Shown piece after piece: positions 1-8,952 of a DNA stretch of 32,511 nucleotides. The stretch's first letter is position 1. The number at the start of each line of letters is the position of its first letter. Below the pieces are notes generated by a model. The model was given only the letters and a program-made list of their open reading frames with translations, was not told where the DNA came from and searched no databases. Location of the stretch: assembly GCA_044225365.1 (NCBI GenBank), contig JBGAIQ010000060.1:1-32511 (forward strand), read 5' to 3'. The position numbers were made by a program, and so were the translations under genes. The stretch comes from Planctomycetota bacterium (GTDB taxonomy: Bacteria > Planctomycetota > B15-G4 > JADJEK01).

Positions 1-879
1 GAAATTATAATTCCGCGCACGCGACAGGAGATCCTTCTTGCCGTCGCCATCGATGTCGGCGAAGAGGAAATTCTCGGTCAACTCGGCCCAGAGCGGGATC
101 GCCTTGTGGATCAGGACGACGTCGCCCGGATTGCCGCCACGCAGATAGGCGAGGAATTCGAGAGGCGGCCCGTACGCTTTCTGCGGGACGAGGATGTCCC
201 TAAGGCCGTCGCCGTCGAGATCCTCGGTCAGGATCCTGTTTCCCCAATGGGAGAATTGGTCGTCCAGCATGTTCGACGTCACAACCGGCTCGATGGAAAC
301 GGCGGGAGGCCCCACACAACCAGTGAGACAGGAGAAGACATCGATCCGCCCGAATTCGCCGGAGAACGGCGCGCTGACGAGAACATCGTCGACGCCGTCC
401 CCCGTGTAGTCCATGAGCGCGGCCTTCCAGCCGAAAGCCTGGCCGGGTTGATAAGGAGTCTGCAGCTCGATCCACTGCGTGAAGTTCGGACCGAAGAGGA
501 CGTAGGCTCGGCCCGACGAATCGATGGCCGACCCCGCGACGACGTCCGCCTTGCCGTCCCCGTTCACGTCGCCGGCGGCCCAGGCCCAGTATCCGAGGTA
601 ACTCGCCTGCGGAATGGTCGGGATACTGAACATCAGAGTCTGGGTGAAATCCGGACCGAGCAGTACGATTCCGCCGCCTTGGAACCCGATGTATGGGGCG
701 CTTGCAACGATATCCAGGACGCCGTCGCCGTTGGTGTCGGCGAGCGCAAGGTGGTAACCCATTCCGAACCCGGTGGCAGCGGGCGGTGCGTGGAAGGCCG
801 TGTTCTGCCAGCTCGGCTGCGCGACGGCGGTCGAGCAGGCGACGAGTGATGCGAAGATGGGGATTGCGATGAGCTTCAC
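1..879 (-). CDS. Secreted FG-GAP (integrin-alpha-like) repeat protein, 3' end outside the window
   Basis: Not in the ORF track (no stop in the window). Manual translation from GTG at 879: MKLIAIPIFASLVACSTAVAQ (signal peptide), then five Ca-binding repeats: DTNGDGVLDIVASAP, GDVNGDGKADVVAGS..GRAYVLFG, DYTGDGVDDVLVSAP, DLDGDGLRDILVP, DIDGDGKKDLL. Confidence 0.9.
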   Translation of the reverse strand, partial: MKLIAIPIFASLVACSTAVAQPSWQNTAFHAPPAATGFGMGYHLALADTNGDGVLDIVASAPYIGFQGGGIVLLGPDFTQTLMFSIPTIPQASYLGYWAWAAGDVNGDGKADVVAGSAIDSSGRAYVLFGPNFTQWIELQTPYQPGQAFGWKAALMDYTGDGVDDVLVSAPFSGEFGRIDVFSCLTGCVGPPAVSIEPVVTSNMLDDQFSHWGNRILTEDLDGDGLRDILVPQKAYGPPLEFLAYLRGGNPGDVVLIHKAIPLWAELTENFLFADIDGDGKKDLLSRARNYNF

Positions 880-1163
880 GAGGACTTCCCATCGAACCAG
901 TGCCTAGTCTTCCCGGGTCGATACGATCTTCGTGTCAGGTCGGTGCGCGGAGATGTGAGGCGACGAGACTGTAGGTGTCCGGCGTGGTTCGTACGAAACA
1001 GCATAGCTGGAATGCCGGGAATGGCCATTGGCGATTGGAACATCGCGGGTCGTTGCGCAGATGGCTCCCGCCGATCGTGTGCCGCAACGCGTGGAAGGCT
1101 CATCGCTCGAAACGGAGTCGCACACGCTGCGACGCCTTCGAACCGGCGCGCTATAGCGCGACC

Positions 1164-1646
1164 CTACGGGAACGCGAGTCGCGCGAGGCGAGCGATGAAG
1201 GCGGAAATGAAGGATCGCAGTTCGCTGGGCGTCGAGCCAGGAATCCGCGCGTCCTCGCCGATCGTCATCTGCGAGAGGATGTAGCAAAGCTGGCCGGGTG
1301 AGAAGCCCGCGTCCTTTCGGGCTGCTGTTCGAATGGCCGCTTCGAGATCGAGCCCGCTCCGTTCGAGAGCCATCACATCGACGAGGTCGCGGTTCTCCGT
1401 CCGAGACAGCAGAGCGCAGAGCTTGTTGGCGAGAATTTCGTCGGCGGGATCGACCCGGATCGCTCCCGATAGAACTTTCTGCGCGTGGATCTGCGGCGCG
1501 CGGTCTCGGACTAGATAACCATGAGTCGTCCGGTGCCCCAGGTGAAACCCGGCGAGCGCTGCGTCACCCGTGAGAAGGAACCGATCTTCTCGGCGGAAGA
1601 ACGAATCAAGCACGTCGCGCTGCAGCGGTGTCAGCCGACTATCCAC
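1164..1646 (-). pseudogene. AbiEii/AbiGii-like nucleotidyltransferase toxin, apparently with an in-frame internal deletion
   Basis: FLLTGDAALAGFHLGHRTTH matches the family LxGGxAL..HRxSxDLD motif, but GG is GD and DLDLF is absent. The C-terminal NKLCALLSRTENRDLVD (K..A...R...RD..D) is present. Only 160 aa. Overlaps the upstream gene by 8 nt. Confidence 0.7.
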
Positions 1647-1935
1647 GGAGCAATCCTGCGCTGCGCCACTGCCCGAGCAAGAACTCCCAGAACTCGCGAC
1701 GACGTCCGAGGTGCGGTGCGAGACGCGGAAATAGCGTGTCGACGTCGGCCGGCGTCGTGAAGCGCCACACCTCTGTGTCGCGCGCCTCGCGGAGGACCTT
1801 GCCGAGGAGTCGGATGCGTTCCGGTTCGGACGACTCCACGAGGCGTTTCCGTAGTTCGGTGACGGTCATCGGATCGTCCCATAGAAAATACGGGACCGCG
1901 TTCGGATCGTCGAGGTCACTCGAAAGGGTCGGCAT
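1639..1935 (-). CDS. Small putative antitoxin partner of the AbiEii-like toxin
   Basis: 98 aa with PYFLWD...LLGKVLREAR..VW...LGRRREFWEFLL. Its stop overlaps the toxin GTG (GTGGATAG), a typical bicistronic TA layout. Confidence 0.75.
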   Translation of the reverse strand: MPTLSSDLDDPNAVPYFLWDDPMTVTELRKRLVESSEPERIRLLGKVLREARDTEVWRFTTPADVDTLFPRLAPHLGRRREFWEFLLGQWRSAGLLRG

Positions 1936-1983
1936 ACCGCTGAGTGTAGCGAATCCGAGAGTTCGATCGAGGTACGGCGAACG

Positions 1984-2044
1984 TCAGAACTCGCAGAGTC
2001 CTTCGACGGCGGCCGCGGAGCCGTCGTACATCCACCCGTCGAGC
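1984..2044 (-). repeat. Orphan diverged duplicate of the last 19 codons plus stop of the 5154..8480 gene
   Basis: 49/61 nt identical to 5154..5214. Encodes LDGWMYDGSAAAVEGLCEF* versus LDGWLRDGSAAAITGLCEF*. Confidence 0.92.
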
Positions 2045-2072
2045 CGAGGCCTTCCATGGCTGCCCGCGTACA

Positions 2073-2117
2073 CGCCGCCCACCGAGTGGCGGAGACGGAC
2101 GCGGTCCGCCGCCGCCG
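2073..2117. repeat. Degenerate ~1.5-unit copy of the 35-bp REP-like hairpin repeat
   Basis: ggcggagac-gg-acgcggt-cc-gccgccgccg matches the arms of the arrays at 4909 and 32405. Confidence 0.75.
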
Positions 2118-2123
2118 AGTCGT

Positions 2124-4739
2124 TCACTTCGCGATCAACGCGACGACTCGCTCTTCTTGGCCTCCGAGATGCGACTCGATCGTCATCGGAGCGATGTCGA
2201 CGAAGCCCGCAAGGTGCGGGAAGGCGAGCGTGTAGACACCTTCCTCGATGAGGTAGAGGTCCGCGACTCCGGGGTCCTTCGGATCGTAGGTCGCGCTCCC
2301 GATGAGCCAGTCGTTCTCGGATTTCGCCGGCCGCAGTTGCTGATGGAAGTCACTCGGCGTCGCGAAGGCGACGCCATTTGTCTGAAAGCGCAGCCGCAAG
2401 TGGAACACCTTCGGGAAGTGCGCGTCGATCGTGTTCCCGCCCGGGACGACGCGGGTGCGGATCATCGCGCGGCGACCGAGATAGAACGCGTTGGCGACGA
2501 GATCGCCGGAAGCGACGAGGAAGCAGTTTCCGTCGGTTCGTGAGATCCGACGGTCGATCGGAATCGTCGGTAGTCCACCCTGGCGATCGTCCTCGATCTG
2601 GAAGTCGACGACCTGCGGGTCGATCGTTGCCCCGGTATTGTCGTCGATGAATCGCACGCAGACATTGGCGGGCGGTGGGGGATCGATCTTCACGATCTGC
2701 TTGCCACCGGTCACGACCTCGAAGGGCTGGCCGAAATACTGCCCGTGCCCCACGACGACGAGCGAGGCGTGGAACTTCCCCGGCAGGAACGCGCCGCCTT
2801 CGATCGTGCGCCACTCCGAGTCCGGTTCGGCTTTCCAATCGACGGGATCGATGAGTTCGCGACCGAGCGAATTGGGCCATTCATTGACCTCGTTCGCGGA
2901 GATCGAAAGGCGAAGCGACTCGCCTGCGAGTTCGCGTGGCACGCGGAGTCGGTACTGAACGAGTGTCCGCGGCGGCGTCGCGCGCAGCTCGGGGAGTTCG
3001 AGCTTCACCGTCGTCGTCTCGCCGGCCGTCACTCGGACCTGCGCCGCAGCGAGTGTCTTCCAGCCGACGATGTCCTGCTTCAGATCGAACTGGACGCGGT
3101 ACTCGCCCGCGGCGAGGTCGGAGAACGAATGGTCGAGGTGAAAACTCGGTCCAGGCTCCTCCCGGCTGCTCTTGCCGTCTTGCGTGTAGAGCAAAACGCG
3201 CGAGCGAGGGTCCTTGCTCTCGCGGGACAGTTCGACACGGATCGCTCCGGCGCGCGTGAGTGAAACGGAGATCCGGTCGGCACGACGGTGATCGATCGTC
3301 AAGGATCGGCGCGAAAACCCCGGCGCAGTGAGGTAGTAATCGACGGCCGCTACGGGCGACCACCGCGGATCCGGCAGGGCGATCGCGGTTCCGACGCCCT
3401 GGCCGGCGATCACTTCACGATCTTGGAACCAGTCGGTGGTGTGGAGCGCGAACTCGTGATCGATTCGCGCGCCTTGTTCGTCGACCACGTCGACGGTGAC
3501 GGGATAGGCGTAGTTCGCGTCGAGCGTCACTCCGAGGTCGGAGTCGTATTTCGGACGATCGAAGCGCGCGTTGTCGTCGAAGAACGCAACCTTGTCGGCG
3601 AACCGAAAGCCGGCGATCGAGATGTCGTCGGGGTTCGTGAGATCGGTGGTGAATGTCCCGGCGACGATCGGGATCTCCATGAAGAGTGTGGTCGATGGAT
3701 CGGGACGCGGTACCGGCTGCCCGTTGACGAGGACCGTGTCGCTCTGGACTCCCCGGGAGTCGATCCACATCACGCCGTCGCCGGCGCGCTCGTGCGGCTC
3801 GCCGAGGTTTCCGACGAGGATCGTGCCGTGGATCCCGCGCGGCGGGGGGCGGTTTGCGGGGTCCTGCGGGGCGGGAGCCTTCGTGCGCTCGACGTCCAAG
3901 GACTTCACGACGGGCGCTTCCGTGCCAGGCGCGTCCGCGACGAGCCGGGGCGCCGACGTGCCTCGTTGCGCGTCGACCGGAATGGGCTCGCGGTCCTTTG
4001 CCGACTCGCCGTTGCGTAGGAAGAGGAGCCCGGTGACGACGACCGAGGCGGCGACGAGCGCCGTGATCGCTTTCGACGTGGTCGACATGAATGCGAGACC
4101 TCCGAGGATTCCGAGGCCGCTCGCGCCTTTCACACCGACCACGCTTGCGGAATGCGATGCGGTGCGAGGCTTCCATCGCGAGAGCGGCAGGAGCGCGGCG
4201 CGCCACGAGTCGCGCGAGTGGCCGTAGCGGGCTTCGAGATCATCTCGCAATCGCTCGCGGGCGCGATGCAAGCGCGACGTGATCGTGTTCGTCGTGACGG
4301 CGAGTCGGCGCGCGATCGCCCCGACATCGAGACCTTCGTAGTAATGCAGGAGCACCACGGTGCGGTAGGGCTCCTCGAGCCGGAGGACGCTCGAGACGAC
4401 GAGCGAGCGGGCCTCTTCACGGGCGGCGATCTCTCGCGGATCCGGAACGTCGATTCCCTTCGTCTCGTCGAATTGCCGTCGTTCGCGCGCTCGACGCCGA
4501 GCCGTCGACCTTCGCAGATTGCTCGCGATGCGACGCAGGGCGGTCGTGAAGAACGCCCGCTCGGAGCCGGGTGTACGGGGATGGTGCGAAAGCGCGTTCA
4601 GCCAAGCGTCCTGTGCGGCGTCGTCGCCATCGGTCGCGCCGAGGATCGAGCGGGAGAGTCGTTGTACGAACGACGCGTGGTCCAGCAGTCGTTCGGGCAA
4701 CAAGGGGATCGATCGCGGATCGTGAGGCATGGATTCCAC
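2124..4739 (-). CDS. ECF sigma-70 factor fused to a TM helix and a ~600-aa extracytoplasmic carboxypeptidase-regulatory-like (beta-sandwich) region
   Basis: Sigma2 DDAAQDAWLNAL; sigma4 LEEPYRTVVLLHYYEGL..IARRL...ITSRLHRARERLR; TM AITALVAASVVVTGLLFL; Pro/Ala linker; beta-rich repeats (VDVVDEQG, LAAGEYRV, VRVTAGETTTV). Start may be ATG at 4730. Confidence 0.9.
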   Translation of the reverse strand: MESMPHDPRSIPLLPERLLDHASFVQRLSRSILGATDGDDAAQDAWLNALSHHPRTPGSERAFFTTALRRIASNLRRSTARRRARERRQFDETKGIDVPDPREIAAREEARSLVVSSVLRLEEPYRTVVLLHYYEGLDVGAIARRLAVTTNTITSRLHRARERLRDDLEARYGHSRDSWRAALLPLSRWKPRTASHSASVVGVKGASGLGILGGLAFMSTTSKAITALVAASVVVTGLLFLRNGESAKDREPIPVDAQRGTSAPRLVADAPGTEAPVVKSLDVERTKAPAPQDPANRPPPRGIHGTILVGNLGEPHERAGDGVMWIDSRGVQSDTVLVNGQPVPRPDPSTTLFMEIPIVAGTFTTDLTNPDDISIAGFRFADKVAFFDDNARFDRPKYDSDLGVTLDANYAYPVTVDVVDEQGARIDHEFALHTTDWFQDREVIAGQGVGTAIALPDPRWSPVAAVDYYLTAPGFSRRSLTIDHRRADRISVSLTRAGAIRVELSRESKDPRSRVLLYTQDGKSSREEPGPSFHLDHSFSDLAAGEYRVQFDLKQDIVGWKTLAAAQVRVTAGETTTVKLELPELRATPPRTLVQYRLRVPRELAGESLRLSISANEVNEWPNSLGRELIDPVDWKAEPDSEWRTIEGGAFLPGKFHASLVVVGHGQYFGQPFEVVTGGKQIVKIDPPPPANVCVRFIDDNTGATIDPQVVDFQIEDDRQGGLPTIPIDRRISRTDGNCFLVASGDLVANAFYLGRRAMIRTRVVPGGNTIDAHFPKVFHLRLRFQTNGVAFATPSDFHQQLRPAKSENDWLIGSATYDPKDPGVADLYLIEEGVYTLAFPHLAGFVDIAPMTIESHLGGQEERVVALIAK

Positions 4740-4908
4740 AGGCGAGCGAAGGGAGCGGGGGCTCGTTCACGGTCATCGGAGTCAGCGTGACGGACGAGGC
4801 GACGCGAAGGAAGAGACACCGCGGACGAAAAGCGTCGTGCATCGATTCCGAGAATTCACGCGATCCATGGCGTTCCGAGTCGCTCGCCGGAAGTGTCGTG
4901 GCGGACTT

Positions 4909-5104
4909 GGCCGCGGTCCGCCGCCGCCGAATTCGGCGGCGGCGGCTGCGATCCACCGCCGCCGCTTCCGGCGGAGACGGCTGCGATCCGCCGCCACCGC
5001 TTCCGGCGGAGTTGGCTGCGATCCGCCGCCGCCGCTTCCGGCGGAGACGGCTGCGATCCGTGCCCGCCGCTTCCGGCGGAGACGGCTGCGATCCGCCGCC
5101 GCCG
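4909..5104. repeat. Tandem array of ~5.6 x 35-bp REP-like hairpin units
   Basis: Unit ggctgcgatccgccgccgccgcttccggcggagac starts at 4909 (variant), 4944, 4979, 5014, 5049 and 5084 (partial). Each contains the stem-loop ccgccg-cttc-cggcgg. Intergenic, no unique spacers. Confidence 0.93.
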
Positions 5105-5153
5105 GGTGCGGCGGGCGAGGCGCGCACCCGCGGAACGTCCGGGCAGCGGATCC

Positions 5154-8100
5154 TCAGAACTCGCAGAGCCCCGTGATCGCGGCGGCGGAGCCGTCGCGCA
5201 GCCAGCCATCGAGCTGCGCGGGATCCTTGAGCTGCTGGCCGCGCACGCGCGGCACCACGAGGAACGCGCAGTTCACGTCCGGCAGGGCGCTCCAGTCGCC
5301 CCAGAGCTTCTCGAATTGCGCGACGGGGTAGACGTCCTCCTGCCCCAGTCCCCAGCGCTTCTTCACGTCCTTGATCGTGACGTACGTGGGCATGCGGCGC
5401 GACATCCGTCGCACGGCCTCGCTCGTCTTCGCAGGGTCCGACAGATCCGCGCGCGAAAGTTGGAACAATTGGAGCATGCGATCGATGTCGATCCAGGTCG
5501 TCATCGAGTTGTAGTACGAGAGGTCGAATTCGTCCTTCTCGCGCGGCAGCGCAAGACTCTCGACGATGCGCGGCCGGCCGTTCACGCGCGCGAGGCCGCC
5601 GCCGCGATCCTCGACTCGCCGCGTCACGACTTCGAACGAGAACGTCGCTCCGCGCTCGTGCGCCGCGAGGTGCAGTCCGAGCACGCCGGCGTCGAGATCC
5701 GCTCCGACCGTGTCGACGTTGTGCAGGAGCAGCGTCTTCAGCTCGGGGCGTTTCTCGAGCATCGCCGCGAGCGTGCCGTTCTGCAGCATGTTCGGCACTT
5801 CGTACCAATGGCCGACCGGATGGAGGCACTGCGGCGGAAGGTTGTCGCGATAGTCGCCGCCTTCGCCCACGCTGCGCGCCCAGCCGAGCAGCGCCGCCTG
5901 CGCGCTCTCTCGCACCTTCTGCTTCTGTTCGTCGAGGAGCGGGTGCGTCGTCTCCTCCCACAAGAAGCGAAGATCGCGCTCCATCGGCACGAGACGAAGA
6001 CCGACCGAACGCCCCTGCGAGAGGAAGATCGAGCCCTTCAATCGATAGGGATCGCGCGCGGCGAGATGATCGGCGATGGGACCGTGCGTGAGGTAGCTCG
6101 TGGTGATGGCGTGGAGCGGAATCGCGCCGTACTGGCTCGCGGCGCGACGCGTCTTCGCGAGATGGATCTCGAGGAAGTTGCGATGCGCGCCGGCGAGGCG
6201 GCAGAACGGATGGAGCGCCTTCACGACGCCCGCACCCTGCGTCCAACGCGTGCCGGCGCCGCCCGCGAGCGTGACGACGCCGACCTCGCCCCGTCGAAGC
6301 GCCGCCTGGCCGCGCGCGACGTCCGCCGACGTCACCGCGCTCGCGACGTCGACGACATCGTCCTTGGCCACGTCTTCGATCGCGACGTCGACCGGCAGGC
6401 GATTGCGAGCGAGTCCAATGCGTCCGCTCTTCAGGTCCGAGCGGATCTCCTCATGCAGCCGCGAATCGAATCCGTTCTTCTCGAGCAACTGCTCGAGGGT
6501 CGGACCGCTCTCGCTGGGATCGCGCGTCTCGGGGAACAGTTCACGGAACAGGATCTGCGGCATGTCGCGAAGGTCTTGGCGCTGCGAGCACGCGATGCCG
6601 AACCTTCGCAGTTCCGCGCGCGTCTCGTTCGAGAGTTCGCGGGCGTCGCGACGCAGGAGCCGCGGAACGCGGAGCGCGTAGTATTCCTTCGGAAGCGGCA
6701 CGTCCTCGACGAGCAATGCGCCGCAACTGCCGTTCTCGTTGATCGCGAAGTCGTAGACGACGGGATCCATCGCGAATGGGAGCGCGCTCTCGAATTCGCG
6801 CTTCAGCGACGCGAGCAACTCTGGGAGCTCTTGCTGCGCCACCGCGCGGGCGCGGGCGTCGAACAAGAGACCCATGCCGCCTCCCGACATCCCTCCGAGC
6901 ATCCAGAAACCGTAGAACTGATCACCGAAGCGCGAGGTCACGCGCTCGATCAGTTTCTCGGTGAAGGCGTTCGTCGCGAATGGGATGATCGTCTGGATCG
7001 GGCCGCAGAAGTTGCCGTGCGTCGCCTTGCCGAGTGACCACATGTCACCGATCTTCAATGCGCGCAGCACGCGATCGAGCACATCTTTCGTCTCGAGGCG
7101 TGCGTCCCAGGCGGGTTGCGATCGCAGCAGGTAACGCTCGGTCACCATCTCGAGGATCGGTCCGACGTTCTGCGCCATTCCCCCGTGGATGAGCACGAGG
7201 CTCTGCTGCAGCTTCTCGCGCGTGAGGCGCGGGACTTCGCTCTCGCCGAGGACGCGGTGCTTGGGCAACAGCCGGCCGCGACTGATTCCGTATTCGGGGT
7301 CGCCTTGCTCCGCGAGCGAGCCCTCGATCAACTTGATCGAAGGCCAGAGACCGCCCGAGTCCTGCCAGCCGCCGCCCGATCCGCCGAGCCATTCGCCGAG
7401 GATCGCCCGCGCGACGATGAGGCGACGCTCGTCGTCATCGAGCGGCCCTTCGAGCGCTCGCGTCTGCCCGGATGCGCGCATGCAGAGCGCGATCAGCGAT
7501 GCGAGAAGACTCGTCGAGACCGCGAGGCGCGAGCCCTTCGGGATGCCGCGCACGTGACTCACGATCTCGAGCCCGCGGCCCGGGCCGCAGAGCCGCTCGA
7601 GCAGGCGGTCGAGTCGATGATGGCCCGCCTCGAGCGAGGGCGGCACGAGCCCCGACGAGATCACCGCCGCCTTCACGAGTCCGAGGTAGTCCTTGGCGTA
7701 GTTGAAGACGTCGGCGAGATCCGTGATCTCCGCTTCGGTGGAGAGGTCGAGCGAGACCAGCCGCAGCACGGGCCGGTCGATCACCCGCAGGAACGTCTCG
7801 ATCGGCGGGCGCGGGCGTTCATCGCGACCGCGCACTCCGAGGTCGATCGAGACGTTGAGGACGCGCGCGCCTTCGGGATAGTCCATCCCGAGGAAGAAGA
7901 TGTCGCTCCAGCCCGAATGGGTGAGGTCCATCCGAACGGGCGTGCTTTCCTTCAGGACGGCGCCGGGACGCAGGAGCTCCTCGCGGAGGCGCAGGGGATG
8001 CGCTTCGGGGCGATCGACCTGGAACATCCACTGGTTGCCGGGATGCGACCGCACGCTGCGGCGAACCTGATCCGCGAGGGTCTGGAATGCGAGCTCGCGA

Positions 8101-8480
8101 TAGGACGCAGCGAGTGCCGAACTGAGCGCGTCGCACGGGCCGACGCGCGCCTGCTCTTCGAGGAAGCGATCGATCGCCGCCGCGAAGCGGCGGTTCCACA
8201 GATGCTCGACGCCCTCGAACGGGATGCGGCCACCGGTGCGCAGTTCGCGCGATCGTGGGATCTCGAAGCGATGGAGCGCGAAGAGGAAGAGCAGCGCCCG
8301 AACTCGGGCGTAGAGGTTCTCCGAAGTGCGGAAGAATGCATCGAGCTCAGCGGCTTCGGCCAGTAGTTCCTCGAGCGACAATGCTGCGCAGAGACCCTCG
8401 AACGATCGATTGCGATCGCCAGGGTCGATGGAACGAATGATGTCGAGGAGTTGCTGCGCCGTCGGCATGGGAGAGACCAT
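5154..8480 (-). CDS. Fused GHMP-family sugar kinase / UTP--sugar-1-phosphate uridylyltransferase (UDPGP-type)
   Basis: Kinase motifs PVRMDLTHSGWSD, PKGSRLAVS, GGGWQD, GGMSGGG. Pyrophosphorylase motifs LAGGAGTRW...VKA, HPVGH, HNVDTVGA, YNS..WI, QFEK. Start at 8480 or 8468. Confidence 0.88.
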   Translation of the reverse strand: MVSPMPTAQQLLDIIRSIDPGDRNRSFEGLCAALSLEELLAEAAELDAFFRTSENLYARVRALLFLFALHRFEIPRSRELRTGGRIPFEGVEHLWNRRFAAAIDRFLEEQARVGPCDALSSALAASYRELAFQTLADQVRRSVRSHPGNQWMFQVDRPEAHPLRLREELLRPGAVLKESTPVRMDLTHSGWSDIFFLGMDYPEGARVLNVSIDLGVRGRDERPRPPIETFLRVIDRPVLRLVSLDLSTEAEITDLADVFNYAKDYLGLVKAAVISSGLVPPSLEAGHHRLDRLLERLCGPGRGLEIVSHVRGIPKGSRLAVSTSLLASLIALCMRASGQTRALEGPLDDDERRLIVARAILGEWLGGSGGGWQDSGGLWPSIKLIEGSLAEQGDPEYGISRGRLLPKHRVLGESEVPRLTREKLQQSLVLIHGGMAQNVGPILEMVTERYLLRSQPAWDARLETKDVLDRVLRALKIGDMWSLGKATHGNFCGPIQTIIPFATNAFTEKLIERVTSRFGDQFYGFWMLGGMSGGGMGLLFDARARAVAQQELPELLASLKREFESALPFAMDPVVYDFAINENGSCGALLVEDVPLPKEYYALRVPRLLRRDARELSNETRAELRRFGIACSQRQDLRDMPQILFRELFPETRDPSESGPTLEQLLEKNGFDSRLHEEIRSDLKSGRIGLARNRLPVDVAIEDVAKDDVVDVASAVTSADVARGQAALRRGEVGVVTLAGGAGTRWTQGAGVVKALHPFCRLAGAHRNFLEIHLAKTRRAASQYGAIPLHAITTSYLTHGPIADHLAARDPYRLKGSIFLSQGRSVGLRLVPMERDLRFLWEETTHPLLDEQKQKVRESAQAALLGWARSVGEGGDYRDNLPPQCLHPVGHWYEVPNMLQNGTLAAMLEKRPELKTLLLHNVDTVGADLDAGVLGLHLAAHERGATFSFEVVTRRVEDRGGGLARVNGRPRIVESLALPREKDEFDLSYYNSMTTWIDIDRMLQLFQLSRADLSDPAKTSEAVRRMSRRMPTYVTIKDVKKRWGLGQEDVYPVAQFEKLWGDWSALPDVNCAFLVVPRVRGQQLKDPAQLDGWLRDGSAAAITGLCEF

Positions 8481-8952
8481 ACTGCGTGCGAGTCGAAACG
8501 CGAAGGCTGCGATTCGCCAACGATACGGCGCGGCTTGCCGGGCTGGCAGCGTGAATAGCTGTCCGGAGTACTGGGCGCGAGACGGGGATCGTACGCCTCC
8601 ATGGTATCGCCGCGCAAGTACACGGTCCCCGGCGCATCCGCGGCCAGAATGGGAGCGAGCGTGAAGTCGCGACTGACACCATGATCGTCACGAACGTGGC
8701 AGGAGTCACGGTGCCGGCTCTATAGCGATGGCACGTCCGCGAACCGCTCGCCCTACAAGCAAGAAAAAACAACGAAAGACCGGGATTCGCCTCGACCAGG
8801 CAAAAAAAAATCCGCTACCGTGATCGTTGTCTTGAAAAGGGTCAGCTGACGGTGCTCGACGGCGTTGCTGGCTCGGTCGACAGCGAAGCGGGTCACAAGA
8901 GAGCTTGCTCGGTGCCAGGTTGGCTAGAAGCAAGTGGAAAGGTGTGGATGTC

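Noticed and set aside
106-849. 247-aa plus-strand ORF
   Set aside because: Antisense to the FG-GAP gene, which has the signal peptide and the repeats.
1147-1160. 14-bp palindrome cgcgctatagcgcg after the toxin stop
   Set aside because: Single short occurrence with no U-tract; no function can be supported.
4745-4775. Shared autoregulatory ECF promoter motif (cgtgaa) upstream of two sigma genes
   Set aside because: Only 6-7 nt match, with no consistent -10 element or spacing.
4909-5104. CRISPR array (also 32405..32511)
   Set aside because: The 35-bp units are contiguous with no unique spacers, and there are no cas genes.
4417-6246. 609-aa ORF containing repeated GGGGSQPSPPEAA peptides
   Set aside because: An off-frame reading through the uridylyltransferase gene and the non-coding 35-bp array; the unit length is not a multiple of 3.
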